A stretch of DNA of 64,000 bases from Bacteroidia bacterium (lineage in GTDB: Bacteria > Bacteroidota > Bacteroidia > AKYH767-A > OLB10): the NCBI GenBank assembly GCA_023262505.1, contig JALRAP010000005.1, positions 56-64,055 on the forward strand, given 5' to 3'. Shown here in pieces: positions 6,889 to 16,401 of this stretch. Under the pieces are notes generated by a model, which saw only the letters and a program-made list of their open reading frames with translations, did no database searches and had not been told where the DNA came from. The translations under genes and the position numbers were made by a program. Numbering within the stretch: the stretch's first letter is position 1; every line of letters begins with the position of its first letter.

Positions 6889-9261
6889 GTGTCGAAAAGG
6901 TTTTTCATAAGGTTATTGTTCATCATACTGACCGCGTGGTCGAGTATCGGGCAAGCTACACACATTGTGGGTGGCGAATTATACTACCGATATTTGGGCA
7001 ACAACCAATATGAAATCCGTTTGACAGTTTACCGTGATTGCTTTTACGGTGTACCGCCCTTCGACGAGCCTGCATATGTTGGGGTTTGGGACGTCAACAA
7101 CAATTTGTTGAACACGCTTTACCTATATACGAATGGTGATTCGGCTACGGTCCCTCCTATCATCAATTCACCTTGCTTCATACCACCAACAAATGTATGT
7201 TACCGTGTGGCGAATTACCGTATCACCGTCAATCTCCCTCCAATCCCGGGAGGATATCAACTGACCTACCAGCGCTGTTGCAGAAACCAAACTATATTGA
7301 ACATAGTTAGTCCGCTGAGCACAGGAGCCACATTCTACGCAACCATACCAGAGAACCCGATTCCCAACAGCAATCCTGTGTACAACGCACTGCCCCCTCC
7401 TTTCATTTGCTCAGGACTGCCATTTGTATTTGACCATTCGGCCACCGATGCAGACGGAGACTCCTTGGTTTATGAGATTTGCACGCCTTACGATGGAGCC
7501 TCTCAACAGGATCCACAGCCATTACCGCAAAACTTCCCGCCGCCCTATAACCAAGTAACCTACCAAAACCCTTTCAACACTGGCAACCTTCTAGGAGGCG
7601 TTCCATTGGCCATAGATTCGCAATCAGGCCAGCTTACCGCCACACCCAATACGATTGGCCAATTTGTAATCGGCGTTTGCGTAAGGGAATACCGAAACGG
7701 TGTATTGCTCAGCACCACGCGGCGCGATTACCAATTGAATGTGGTGGCATGCCCTTCCTTGGTGGTGGCGGCGTTGCAATCACCCTCTTTAATTTGTGGT
7801 AGCAACACCGTACAATTCTCCAATAACAGTTTTGGAGCCTCAAGTTATCAATGGAATTTCGGTGACCCAACCACCACTAACGACGTTTCAAACGCCATCA
7901 ATCCATCCTACACCTATCCAGACACAGGAACATATGCAGTTACTCTCGTGGCTTTCTCTTCATTCAATCCAGGATGCTCCGACACCACCGTCGGCACCGT
8001 TACCATATTACCTGATTATGTGGCAGACTTTGGATTCAGTTTGAACTCTTGCTCCTACCTGGTGTCATTCAACGACTCATCAAATACCGCCAGTGGTGTA
8101 ACCACTCAATGGTCTTGGAACTTTGGCGATGGTAGTCCATTGGTAAACACCACAGACCCGAGCCACAATTTTCCCGGCCCTGGCAATTACACTGTAACTC
8201 TCACTGCAACTTCAGCCTTAGGCTGTGTGGAAACAATATCTCGTGTTATCACCATTCCACCAAATGTTACATTGACTACTTCTGCATCGTCTGTTTCCTG
8301 TTTCAATGATTGCAACGGAATTGCGGTAGCGGTGGCAAGCAATGGTGTTGCGCCTTATTCTTTTCAATGGAATGACCCCAGCTCGCAACCAGTACCGATC
8401 GCAACCAATCTATGCGCTGGAACCTACACGGTAATAGTCACCGACGCAATCGGATGCACTTCTTCTCAACAAGTAAATGTAAATAGTCCTGCGCCATTGG
8501 TTGCTACAGCCAGCGCAACATCAGCCTATTGTAATGGTGCATGTATAGGAACAGCGAGCGTAAACGTTTCTGGAGGCACTGGTCCTTTCAACATAACTTG
8601 GAACGATCCACAACAGCAAACGGGAAGTAGCATCGGCAACCTTTGTGTGGGAAGTTATCAAGCCACAATAACAGATGCCAACGGTTGCTCAACGCTTTCA
8701 GATACGGTGGATGTGCTCTTCGAATCATTCGTTCCAGATGTGGATGCCACTGTTTCGGAGGACACCATTTACGTGGGACAAACCGTAAACTTGAGCACAA
8801 CAACCAATGCGATTGGAGTGCCGACATACAGCTGGAGTCCTACACAAGGCTTGAGCAACCCCAACATTGCCAATCCTACGGCATCTCCCGCGCAAACCAC
8901 TACCTACCTGGTGACTATGACAGATCCTTTGGGTTGTAGCAACACAGACACCGTGACCGTTGTTGTTGAAGTTGTCATATGCGAGGAGCCTGAAATATTC
9001 GTTCCAAACGCCTTTACACCCAACGGTGACCAAAACAACGACCGAGTATTTGTCAGAGGCAATACGATTCGCGAGTTGGTTTTTAGAATCTACAATCGAT
9101 GGGGCGAAAAGGTGTTCGAGACCAATGACCCCTCCATAGGCTGGGATGGAACCTACGAGGGCAAAGCCGCCACTCCTGCTGTCTATGTTTATTATCTGGA
9201 TGCGGTTTGCTTCGACAACCAACGCTTCTTCAAGAAGGGTAACATTAGCCTGATCAGATGA
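6889..9261 (+). CDS. T9SS type-B (gliding-motility C-terminal domain) cargo protein with PKD domains and SprB-like repeats
   Basis: ATHIVGGE N-terminus; WNFGDG PKD motifs; C-terminal VPNAFTPNGD...IYNRWGE...GWDG. Confidence 0.9.
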   Translation: MSKRFFIRLLFIILTAWSSIGQATHIVGGELYYRYLGNNQYEIRLTVYRDCFYGVPPFDEPAYVGVWDVNNNLLNTLYLYTNGDSATVPPIINSPCFIPPTNVCYRVANYRITVNLPPIPGGYQLTYQRCCRNQTILNIVSPLSTGATFYATIPENPIPNSNPVYNALPPPFICSGLPFVFDHSATDADGDSLVYEICTPYDGASQQDPQPLPQNFPPPYNQVTYQNPFNTGNLLGGVPLAIDSQSGQLTATPNTIGQFVIGVCVREYRNGVLLSTTRRDYQLNVVACPSLVVAALQSPSLICGSNTVQFSNNSFGASSYQWNFGDPTTTNDVSNAINPSYTYPDTGTYAVTLVAFSSFNPGCSDTTVGTVTILPDYVADFGFSLNSCSYLVSFNDSSNTASGVTTQWSWNFGDGSPLVNTTDPSHNFPGPGNYTVTLTATSALGCVETISRVITIPPNVTLTTSASSVSCFNDCNGIAVAVASNGVAPYSFQWNDPSSQPVPIATNLCAGTYTVIVTDAIGCTSSQQVNVNSPAPLVATASATSAYCNGACIGTASVNVSGGTGPFNITWNDPQQQTGSSIGNLCVGSYQATITDANGCSTLSDTVDVLFESFVPDVDATVSEDTIYVGQTVNLSTTTNAIGVPTYSWSPTQGLSNPNIANPTASPAQTTTYLVTMTDPLGCSNTDTVTVVVEVVICEEPEIFVPNAFTPNGDQNNDRVFVRGNTIRELVFRIYNRWGEKVFETNDPSIGWDGTYEGKAATPAVYVYYLDAVCFDNQRFFKKGNISLIR

Positions 9262-10304
9262 GAAGCTTAACGATTAACATACCACATCTGACACTTGCTT
9301 TTTGCACTGTGTTGTTTATTTCCCTTGCGGGGATAAGCCCATCCGCGCAAGCGCAAGATCCGCATTGGTCGCAGTTTGGAGCAAGTCCGTTGAACTTGAA
9401 TCCCGCAAACACCGGATTCTTCGATGGTGATTATCGATTTGTTGCCAACCATCGCAACCAATGGAAATCAGTAACAACACCCTTCATCGGCTTTTCAGGC
9501 TCATTTGAGTCGTCTTTGAATGCTCTTTCGTCTAACCGCTCACGCATTGCAACAGGATTTGTGTTCAATAATGATCAAGCCGGTGATTCTAAGATGGGGA
9601 CCAATTCGCTGATGGGGAACATCTCACTGACTCGCTCGATTGATAAGGACTCTATGCATTTCATAGGTGGCGGACTGCAATTGGGGGTTGCACTACGAAG
9701 CATAGATTATGGCGCATTGACTTTTGATGAGCAATACGATGGAGACATATTCAACCCGTCGCTTGGCAACACCGAGAATTTCGACAATAACAACCATGCC
9801 TATATGGATATAGGTTTAGGATTCCAATACGTTTACAGAAGTAAAGAAGGACTAACAATCGGCTTAGGCTCTTCCGTACAACATTTGAACCGCCCTAACG
9901 ATGGATTCTTCAGCACTAAAGTGCGATTATTTCCACGAATGCAAAACCATTTATCGTTAGTGGTTCCGTTATCTGCCAAGCTACAGTTACAACCTTCAGC
10001 TCTTTGGATGACACAAGGCGGAAACAATGAACTCACTTTTGGAACATCGGCACAGTACATGTTGAGTGAACTTCCGGGACGCACTTATGCTTTTGCCGCA
10101 GGCGCTTGGCTCAGGTCGGGGGATGCTGTGATCCCTTACGTGGGACTCCTATACAACTCTCTTAGATTGGGAATCTCCTATGATGTGAACACTAGCGATC
10201 TGGACCGCGCCAGTAATAGCCGTGGCGGTTATGAACTGTCCCTCTCTTACATCATCAAAAAAGTGAAATTCACCGGCATCAAGCCTCCATGTCCGTTGTA
10301 TTGA
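9258..10304 (+). CDS. PorP/SprF family T9SS membrane protein
   Basis: AQDPHWSQF...LNPANTG...HRNQW and GISYD motifs; ATGA overlap with the cargo gene. Confidence 0.9.
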   Translation: MRSLTINIPHLTLAFCTVLFISLAGISPSAQAQDPHWSQFGASPLNLNPANTGFFDGDYRFVANHRNQWKSVTTPFIGFSGSFESSLNALSSNRSRIATGFVFNNDQAGDSKMGTNSLMGNISLTRSIDKDSMHFIGGGLQLGVALRSIDYGALTFDEQYDGDIFNPSLGNTENFDNNNHAYMDIGLGFQYVYRSKEGLTIGLGSSVQHLNRPNDGFFSTKVRLFPRMQNHLSLVVPLSAKLQLQPSALWMTQGGNNELTFGTSAQYMLSELPGRTYAFAAGAWLRSGDAVIPYVGLLYNSLRLGISYDVNTSDLDRASNSRGGYELSLSYIIKKVKFTGIKPPCPLY

Positions 10305-12289
10305 AATACAGGTTTTACCATATCGCTGTGCTTTTCGTAGTGTTTTTCACTGGGCTTAGCAATTCCTATTCACAAACATTCAATGCATGGTTGCGGGCGG
10401 GTGATGAGGCATTCAGCGAAGCGCGATATTCCGAGTCTATAGAATACTACAAGAAAGCCTTGGAATTTGAAACGGGTGATGTGGCTTTGGATTACCGTAT
10501 GGCTGAGGCTTGCAGACTTTACAAGGATTATGAGAAGGCAGAGGCTTGGTATGCCAGAGTGTTCGGGAGCGACAAAACGAACACTTACCCTTTGGCACTT
10601 TTTTATCTGGCAGAGATGAAAAAATACAACGCCGATTATGGAACTGCTTGCCGCCTGTTTGGTGATTATGCGGCTAAACATGCCCAAGACTCGAGCTATT
10701 TCGCAATAAAGGCAAAAACCGAATCAGGATACTGCGAACAAGTGCTGGCTTTGGATAAGCAGTCTTTGAAAGCCTCAGTAGTGAATGCCGGAAGCGAGGT
10801 TAATTCCAAATTCTCAGATTTCGGCGCCAGCATTTCGGGTGATTCAGTGATGTACTACGCATCGCTCCGCTTCATCTATGAGCCAAAAGAGAAAAAGGAA
10901 AAGCCTTACTTCGTTTCGCGAATACTTAAGTCGGAAGGAGGTGTCAAGCCGAAGAAAAAACCTGCTCCCATTGCAGCCATGGTAAATGATCCTCCCTTGC
11001 ACAATGGGAATGCCGGATTCAGTCCGGATCATCGACTGGTGATATTTACCCGTTGTGAGGATACACAAGATGGTAAACGGCCATGCCGGTTATATTACAG
11101 TAAACTCAATTCAGGCAGGTGGTCGAAACCCGAGCCTATCAGTGGTGCTGTGAATTCAGATAGCGGTTACACCACGACTCAACCATCCATTGAGGCTCGG
11201 GGTGCCGAAGGATACACTTTGTATTTTGCTTCAGATAGGCCTGGAGGATTTGGTAAAATGGATATCTGGAAAAGCGATTTCGATGCGAACATGCGTTTTT
11301 CAGACCCGGTCAACCTGGGTGAGGTCATCAACACTTTCGACGATGAGATGACGCCCTACATGGATACCAGAAACAGTGTCTTGTACTTTAGCAGTTATGG
11401 TCATGCCGGTTTAGGGGGAATGGACATCTTCAAAAGCCAGAGAGAGAATGGAGTCCTATTAAATCCCCAAAACATTGGTAAAGGTTATAACACCAGCCAA
11501 AACGATGTTTACTTCACCATCAATAACCATGACGACAAGGGAACTTTAACATCGAATCGTAAAGGATCACTATACATAGCGAGCAAGACTTGTTGCTATG
11601 ATATTTACTACCATGAACCATTAAAAACCGACACTCTGATTGTAGAGGTTGTTGATACACAAAAAGTGGATTCCATTTTGAAGGCCGACCCCATCAACCA
11701 AGAATATTATGAGGATTTTCTTCCACTGAGCCTGTATTTCGATAATGACGAGCCTGACAAACGTACTTTGGCAATTACCACAAACAAAAGCTATGACAGG
11801 CTTTATCGAGACTATATTGCACGCATCCCTGATTACAAGGAAAATTATGCTGATGGAAAAAAAGAGAGAAAGGTTTCCGATTCTGAAATAGATTCATTTT
11901 TCACCAATACGGTAACTTATTCATGGAACATGTTAAATGGATTTTGTGGCAAGGTTGAAAAAGCCATGAAAGCAGGCGTAGTATTGGAGTTGGAAATCAG
12001 AGGACGAGCCAGTCCATTGGCTGAGACCGCCTACAATGTGAATCTCTCAAGAAGACGCATATCGAGTCTGTTGAACTATATGCGTTCGTACAACAACGGT
12101 GCCTTGCGTTCGTATTTTGACTCCGGCAAATTGAAGTTGACTGAGGTTCCCGCAGGGGAATCGCTTTCCAAGTCTGGAGTCAGTGACAACAGAGGAGACG
12201 TACGCAATTCCATTTACAACCCTGCAGCTGCCAGCGAAAGATTGATAGAATTGATTGGCGTTCGCATCAATCCTGGTTCCAATCCATGA
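10289..12289 (+). CDS. PorE-like TPR + PD40 propeller + divergent OmpA-like protein
   Basis: N-terminal TPRs; LYFASDRPGGFGKMDIW and LYFSSYGHAGLGGMDIF repeats; LYFDND and YNVNLSRRR. Confidence 0.8.
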   Translation: MSVVLKYRFYHIAVLFVVFFTGLSNSYSQTFNAWLRAGDEAFSEARYSESIEYYKKALEFETGDVALDYRMAEACRLYKDYEKAEAWYARVFGSDKTNTYPLALFYLAEMKKYNADYGTACRLFGDYAAKHAQDSSYFAIKAKTESGYCEQVLALDKQSLKASVVNAGSEVNSKFSDFGASISGDSVMYYASLRFIYEPKEKKEKPYFVSRILKSEGGVKPKKKPAPIAAMVNDPPLHNGNAGFSPDHRLVIFTRCEDTQDGKRPCRLYYSKLNSGRWSKPEPISGAVNSDSGYTTTQPSIEARGAEGYTLYFASDRPGGFGKMDIWKSDFDANMRFSDPVNLGEVINTFDDEMTPYMDTRNSVLYFSSYGHAGLGGMDIFKSQRENGVLLNPQNIGKGYNTSQNDVYFTINNHDDKGTLTSNRKGSLYIASKTCCYDIYYHEPLKTDTLIVEVVDTQKVDSILKADPINQEYYEDFLPLSLYFDNDEPDKRTLAITTNKSYDRLYRDYIARIPDYKENYADGKKERKVSDSEIDSFFTNTVTYSWNMLNGFCGKVEKAMKAGVVLELEIRGRASPLAETAYNVNLSRRRISSLLNYMRSYNNGALRSYFDSGKLKLTEVPAGESLSKSGVSDNRGDVRNSIYNPAAASERLIELIGVRINPGSNP

Positions 12290-12699
12290 GCAAGGATTCG
12301 CCGTTAATGGATATAAAAATCCTTATGGTTGAAGACAACAAGATCAATCAAATGCTAATGACAAAAATGATTGAGAAACTTGGTTGCAATGTTACTACTG
12401 CCGACAATGGCATCCATGCATTGGAAAAACTCCAGCAGCAAGAAAAATTCGATGTTGTTTTAACTGACATCCAAATGCCAATAATGGGCGGCTTCGAATT
12501 GGCCAAAAGCATCCGTATGTCGGATAAAACACCCTTTTCAACCATACCAATTTTAGCCCTAACCGGTTATGCAGATGAATTGGATTTGTTGGCAGCAAAG
12601 GATTCTGGTATCCAAGAGGTACTTACAAAACCCTTCGGGCAAGAGGAAATAAAAGAAGCTTTATTACGTGCGCTTGGAATCAGCCCAAGTAAGATTTAA
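12286..12699 (+). CDS. Single-domain response regulator receiver
   Basis: VEDN, TDIQMP, ALTG and TKPF motifs; no output domain. Confidence 0.9.
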   Translation: MSKDSPLMDIKILMVEDNKINQMLMTKMIEKLGCNVTTADNGIHALEKLQQQEKFDVVLTDIQMPIMGGFELAKSIRMSDKTPFSTIPILALTGYADELDLLAAKDSGIQEVLTKPFGQEEIKEALLRALGISPSKI

Positions 12700-13543
12700 G
12701 CAGCTTGCTGCGGGAATTATGTCTCAGCCTACGGATAGCCTTCTCCTTGATTTGACGAACACGCTCTTTGGTCAAGTCGAATTTGTCAGCAATCTCCTCC
12801 AGCGTCAAACTGTGGTTGCAACCGATTCCATAAAACAACTTGACTACGTCACTCTCTCTTTGAGTGAGGGTTGATAGTGAACGGTTGATTTCCTGATTGA
12901 GCGACTCGTTCATTAGAAACCCATCTGCCAAAGGTGCATCAGGGTTTTCCAAAACATCCAGCAGGCTATGTTCTTCGCCGACAACAAAGGGTGCGTCCAT
13001 ACTTACGTGCTTTCCTGAAATCTTCAAGGTGTTTGCCACGCTCTCTTCTGGGAGTTCCAGTGCCTCGGAAATCTCGCTGTTACTAGGTTCGCGCTCGTAT
13101 TTCTGCTCTAAGGCCGAAAATGCCTTCTTGATTTTATTTACGGAGCCCAGTTGGTTGATGGGTAAACGTACTATCCTGGATTGTTCGGCCAGAGCCTGCA
13201 TGATGGATTGACGAATCCACCAAACAGCATAGGAAATGAATTTGAAGCCTCGGGTCTCGTCGAACCGTTTTGCGGCTTTGATCAGGCCGAGATTACCTTC
13301 ATTAATCAAATCAGGCAGACTAAGGCCTTGGTTCTGGTATTGCTTGGCCACAGAGACCACAAAGCGCAAATTGGCCCTTGTTAGCTTCTCCAGCGCCCAT
13401 TGGTCGCCTTGTTTGATTTTGCGAGCAAGTTTCACCTCCTCTTCGGCGGTGATAAGGCCTTCGCGGCCGATTTCCTGCAAATACTTTTCAAGGGAGGCAT
13501 TCTCCCTGTTTGTGATGGATTTGGTGATTTTAAGCTGACGCAT
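12680..13543 (-). CDS. rpoD: RNA polymerase sigma factor, RpoD/SigA family (short Bacteroidota type)
   Basis: [40 protein letters not shown] and ERVRQ motifs. It could be a secondary paralog. Confidence 0.9.
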   Translation of the reverse strand: MRQLKITKSITNRENASLEKYLQEIGREGLITAEEEVKLARKIKQGDQWALEKLTRANLRFVVSVAKQYQNQGLSLPDLINEGNLGLIKAAKRFDETRGFKFISYAVWWIRQSIMQALAEQSRIVRLPINQLGSVNKIKKAFSALEQKYEREPSNSEISEALELPEESVANTLKISGKHVSMDAPFVVGEEHSLLDVLENPDAPLADGFLMNESLNQEINRSLSTLTQRESDVVKLFYGIGCNHSLTLEEIADKFDLTKERVRQIKEKAIRRLRHNSRSKLLKSYLG

Positions 13544-13713
13544 CCTGCAAGAATGTAGTTTGGTTAAACCCCTGAATCAATCATTGTAAACTCAAACATG
13601 GCATGAGTAAGCAACCTAGTTTTTACAATTTCGTGACCGAAAAGTAATATTTCTTTAAACTTTACAAAAGCAGTTTGAAAGAATTTATTAACAACCCGCA
13701 AAAAGTTTTGCAA

Positions 13714-13736
13714 GCAACGAAAAAATTTATCGTTGC
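13714..13736. terminator. Hairpin downstream of the minus-strand T9SS cargo gene
   Basis: GCAACGA...TCGTTGC inverted repeat. Confidence 0.45.
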
Positions 13737-13774
13737 AAATGAGGAGGCTAGCTCAAGAAATAATGTTACAGGCT

Positions 13775-15829
13775 TTACTTACCCCTTACAAGCTGGAAAA
13801 ACCCGCTTAGATCATAGGTTTTTCCCTCTATACCTGTTGCCTTAACAACGTAGATGTAAGAACCTTCAGGAAGCACTGTTCCATCAGATGATTTACCATC
13901 CCAGCCGGAATCCAACTCATTCCAGGAATAAACCTCCTTACCCCATCTGTTGAAAATGGTGCAGGAGATTTCAACGATAGCCAATTCATCAAAGTGAAAA
14001 GTATCGTTCAGATTGTCGCCGTTGGGTGTGAAAATGTTTGGGATGAACAAGCTGGAGAATGAATCGACAATGATGTACGAGAAGGAAACCGTATCTGAGC
14101 ATCCGAGTGCATTAGTGGCTGTCAGTAGAACGGTATATTCTCCCATGGTCTCGTAAACGTGAGTTGGGTTCTGATCGGACGACGTGTTTCCATCTCCAAA
14201 GGACCAATTATATGTATTGGCGCCGGATGAGGTGTTGCTGAAGTTCACGGTGAACGGAGTAAAACCTTGTATCGTATCGGGAACGAATGAAGGAATGATT
14301 TCAGGTAGCACGGTAATGGTAACCGAATCGGTGGCAACACAGCTTCCGTTGGCTGCTGTTACTACATAAGTAGTGGTCGTTAATGGATTGGCAGTCGGGT
14401 TGGCGATATTGGGATCGCTTAATCCTGCAGAAGGTGACCAACTATAGGTTGTAGCACCGCTGGCCGAAAGTTGTATAGAAGCCTCATAGCATATATCCAC
14501 ATCCTGACTTACCAATAGTGATGGATAAGGAGTCACATCTACGGTGACTGAAGCTTGAGACGAACAGCCATTGGCGTCCGTAACAGTCAAGGTATAAACG
14601 GTGGTGCTTGATGGATTGACAGATTGGGCCCCGCTAATAGCACCGTTACTCCATGTGTAACTATACGGTAACGTTCCACCACTCGGAACACCAGCGATTG
14701 TTACAGGATCGCCGCTGCAGGTGCTTTGGTTTCCTCCAGAGCTCACAGTGACTGGCACAACAGTATTGATATTGAAAGAACCGGATTGGGTACATCCATT
14801 GGAATCAGTTACAGTGACTGTGTATGTCCCACCCGCTAAACCTGAAATACTGGGTGTGGTTGCTCCATTGCTCCATAGGTATGTAAAGTTTTGTCCAGAG
14901 CCTCCGGTTGGCGCCAAGGTTACTGTTCCACTAGCGTTATCGCAAACATTTCCGGTTACCGTTTCATTCAACACGATAGGCTGCGCACCGGAAACCGGCA
15001 CAGTAACAGTCTTGGTACATTGCGTTGAATCAGTAACTGTACAAGTATAGATACCAGGAGCCAAGTTGGAGATTGTTTGTGTGGTGGCACCATTGCTCCA
15101 TTGGTAAGAATAAGGAGCTACTCCTTGAGGGAATACTGTAACGGCTCCATTGTTTTGGCTTCCGCAAGAAACGTTGGTGATTGTGATATTTGGAACGATA
15201 AGCACGCAGTTACATTGCGCCGAAGGAACACCATTGGGCCACTGTGCAGGAGCCGTGAAGGGAGGATCGAAACAAGCGTTGTTACCCCAAGAACCGGCTT
15301 GATAGTCGGATAAAGCTTGAATACCGATATTCAAAGGAGCATTACTTGCTGAAGCGCAAGGTCCAACAGTTACTGTGAAACAAAAGTCCCATGAGCTATT
15401 CTGACAATTATCACCGAAGTTGTTTCCTGGGATACCATCTGCAGCGAAGTTGGGGCTGCCTGCGGGCGTATCGTAATAAAATCCAGGACCCCAAGTAGTA
15501 CCTGATGCGGTTCCGGTACATGATGTATACCAATCCCAGGCGCCCTGTCCGTCGCAACTGTTTGGAGGGGTTAAAGGCGTAAGGGATGTTGGATCCCAAC
15601 CTGGTCCTAGTGTAATTGCGAAACCAGCAATCCAATCAGCACCCGATTGGGCATAGTTAGTAAGTGTATAGCAGAACGTCACCGTTGTGCCAACAACATA
15701 AGTGTTGTTTCCAGCAGGTGCAGGGTTTGCGGTCATTGACTGAGAGCCAATACATGGAGCCTGGGCATTAACATCAATTTGGAATAGGCCTAGAAAACCT
15801 GTCAACAACAGCAGCGACTTTTTCAACAT
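13775..15829 (-). CDS. T9SS type-B cargo protein with SprB-like repeats and a PKD domain
   Basis: Signal peptide from MLKKSLLL; YQWSNGATT repeats; WSFGDG; C-terminal IPNIFTPNGD...IFNRWG...GWDG. Confidence 0.88.
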   Translation of the reverse strand: MLKKSLLLLTGFLGLFQIDVNAQAPCIGSQSMTANPAPAGNNTYVVGTTVTFCYTLTNYAQSGADWIAGFAITLGPGWDPTSLTPLTPPNSCDGQGAWDWYTSCTGTASGTTWGPGFYYDTPAGSPNFAADGIPGNNFGDNCQNSSWDFCFTVTVGPCASASNAPLNIGIQALSDYQAGSWGNNACFDPPFTAPAQWPNGVPSAQCNCVLIVPNITITNVSCGSQNNGAVTVFPQGVAPYSYQWSNGATTQTISNLAPGIYTCTVTDSTQCTKTVTVPVSGAQPIVLNETVTGNVCDNASGTVTLAPTGGSGQNFTYLWSNGATTPSISGLAGGTYTVTVTDSNGCTQSGSFNINTVVPVTVSSGGNQSTCSGDPVTIAGVPSGGTLPYSYTWSNGAISGAQSVNPSSTTVYTLTVTDANGCSSQASVTVDVTPYPSLLVSQDVDICYEASIQLSASGATTYSWSPSAGLSDPNIANPTANPLTTTTYVVTAANGSCVATDSVTITVLPEIIPSFVPDTIQGFTPFTVNFSNTSSGANTYNWSFGDGNTSSDQNPTHVYETMGEYTVLLTATNALGCSDTVSFSYIIVDSFSSLFIPNIFTPNGDNLNDTFHFDELAIVEISCTIFNRWGKEVYSWNELDSGWDGKSSDGTVLPEGSYIYVVKATGIEGKTYDLSGFFQLVRGK

Positions 15830-15951
15830 GTTCTTGGTTTGTTTGTGGTTACGTATGAAACTGATTGAGTAGAGTGATTCAATTAACCTTAAATCGAATT
15901 CAAGACGCATCTGCCTTGAATTACGTTGCTTTCAAATTTGGATATACAGAA

Positions 15952-16308
15952 CTATAAATCCTCGAAATTCACATTCGAGAAATCACCCGACCCTGAACCT
16001 GAGCCACCTTGAGGGTTATCCCCTCCTGGCTGCCTGGTATCTTCAGGCAGATTGGCTTTGATGTAATCAATAGCGTCTTGCAAACCCTCTATGAACTTTT
16101 CAAAATCCTCTTTATAAAGGAAAATCTTATGCTTCTCGAAAAAAGGTCTGTCGCTACCTTCAGAAAAACGACGCTTGCTCTCAGTGATGGTTAGATAATA
16201 GTCGTTGTTCCTAGTAGATCTTACGTCGAAAAAGTAGGTCCGTTTACCTGCTCTAACCGCCTTGGCAAACAAATCGCTTGGTTGGTCATTACTGTCAAAT
16301 TCAGCCAT
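15952..16308 (-). CDS. PUR-family DNA/RNA-binding protein (DUF3276)
   Basis: VRAGKRTYFFDV...YLTITESK...KHKIFLYKEDF; start placed at MAEF. Confidence 0.9.
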   Translation of the reverse strand: MAEFDSNDQPSDLFAKAVRAGKRTYFFDVRSTRNNDYYLTITESKRRFSEGSDRPFFEKHKIFLYKEDFEKFIEGLQDAIDYIKANLPEDTRQPGGDNPQGGSGSGSGDFSNVNFEDL

Positions 16309-16401
16309 GTAAATCGTATTGGTTTGAGACAAAGCTAAAAGAAAAACAACAGTTTGGCAAAGCCAATGGCTAAATTGTGAGGAAGTAATCAACAACAGAT
16401 A

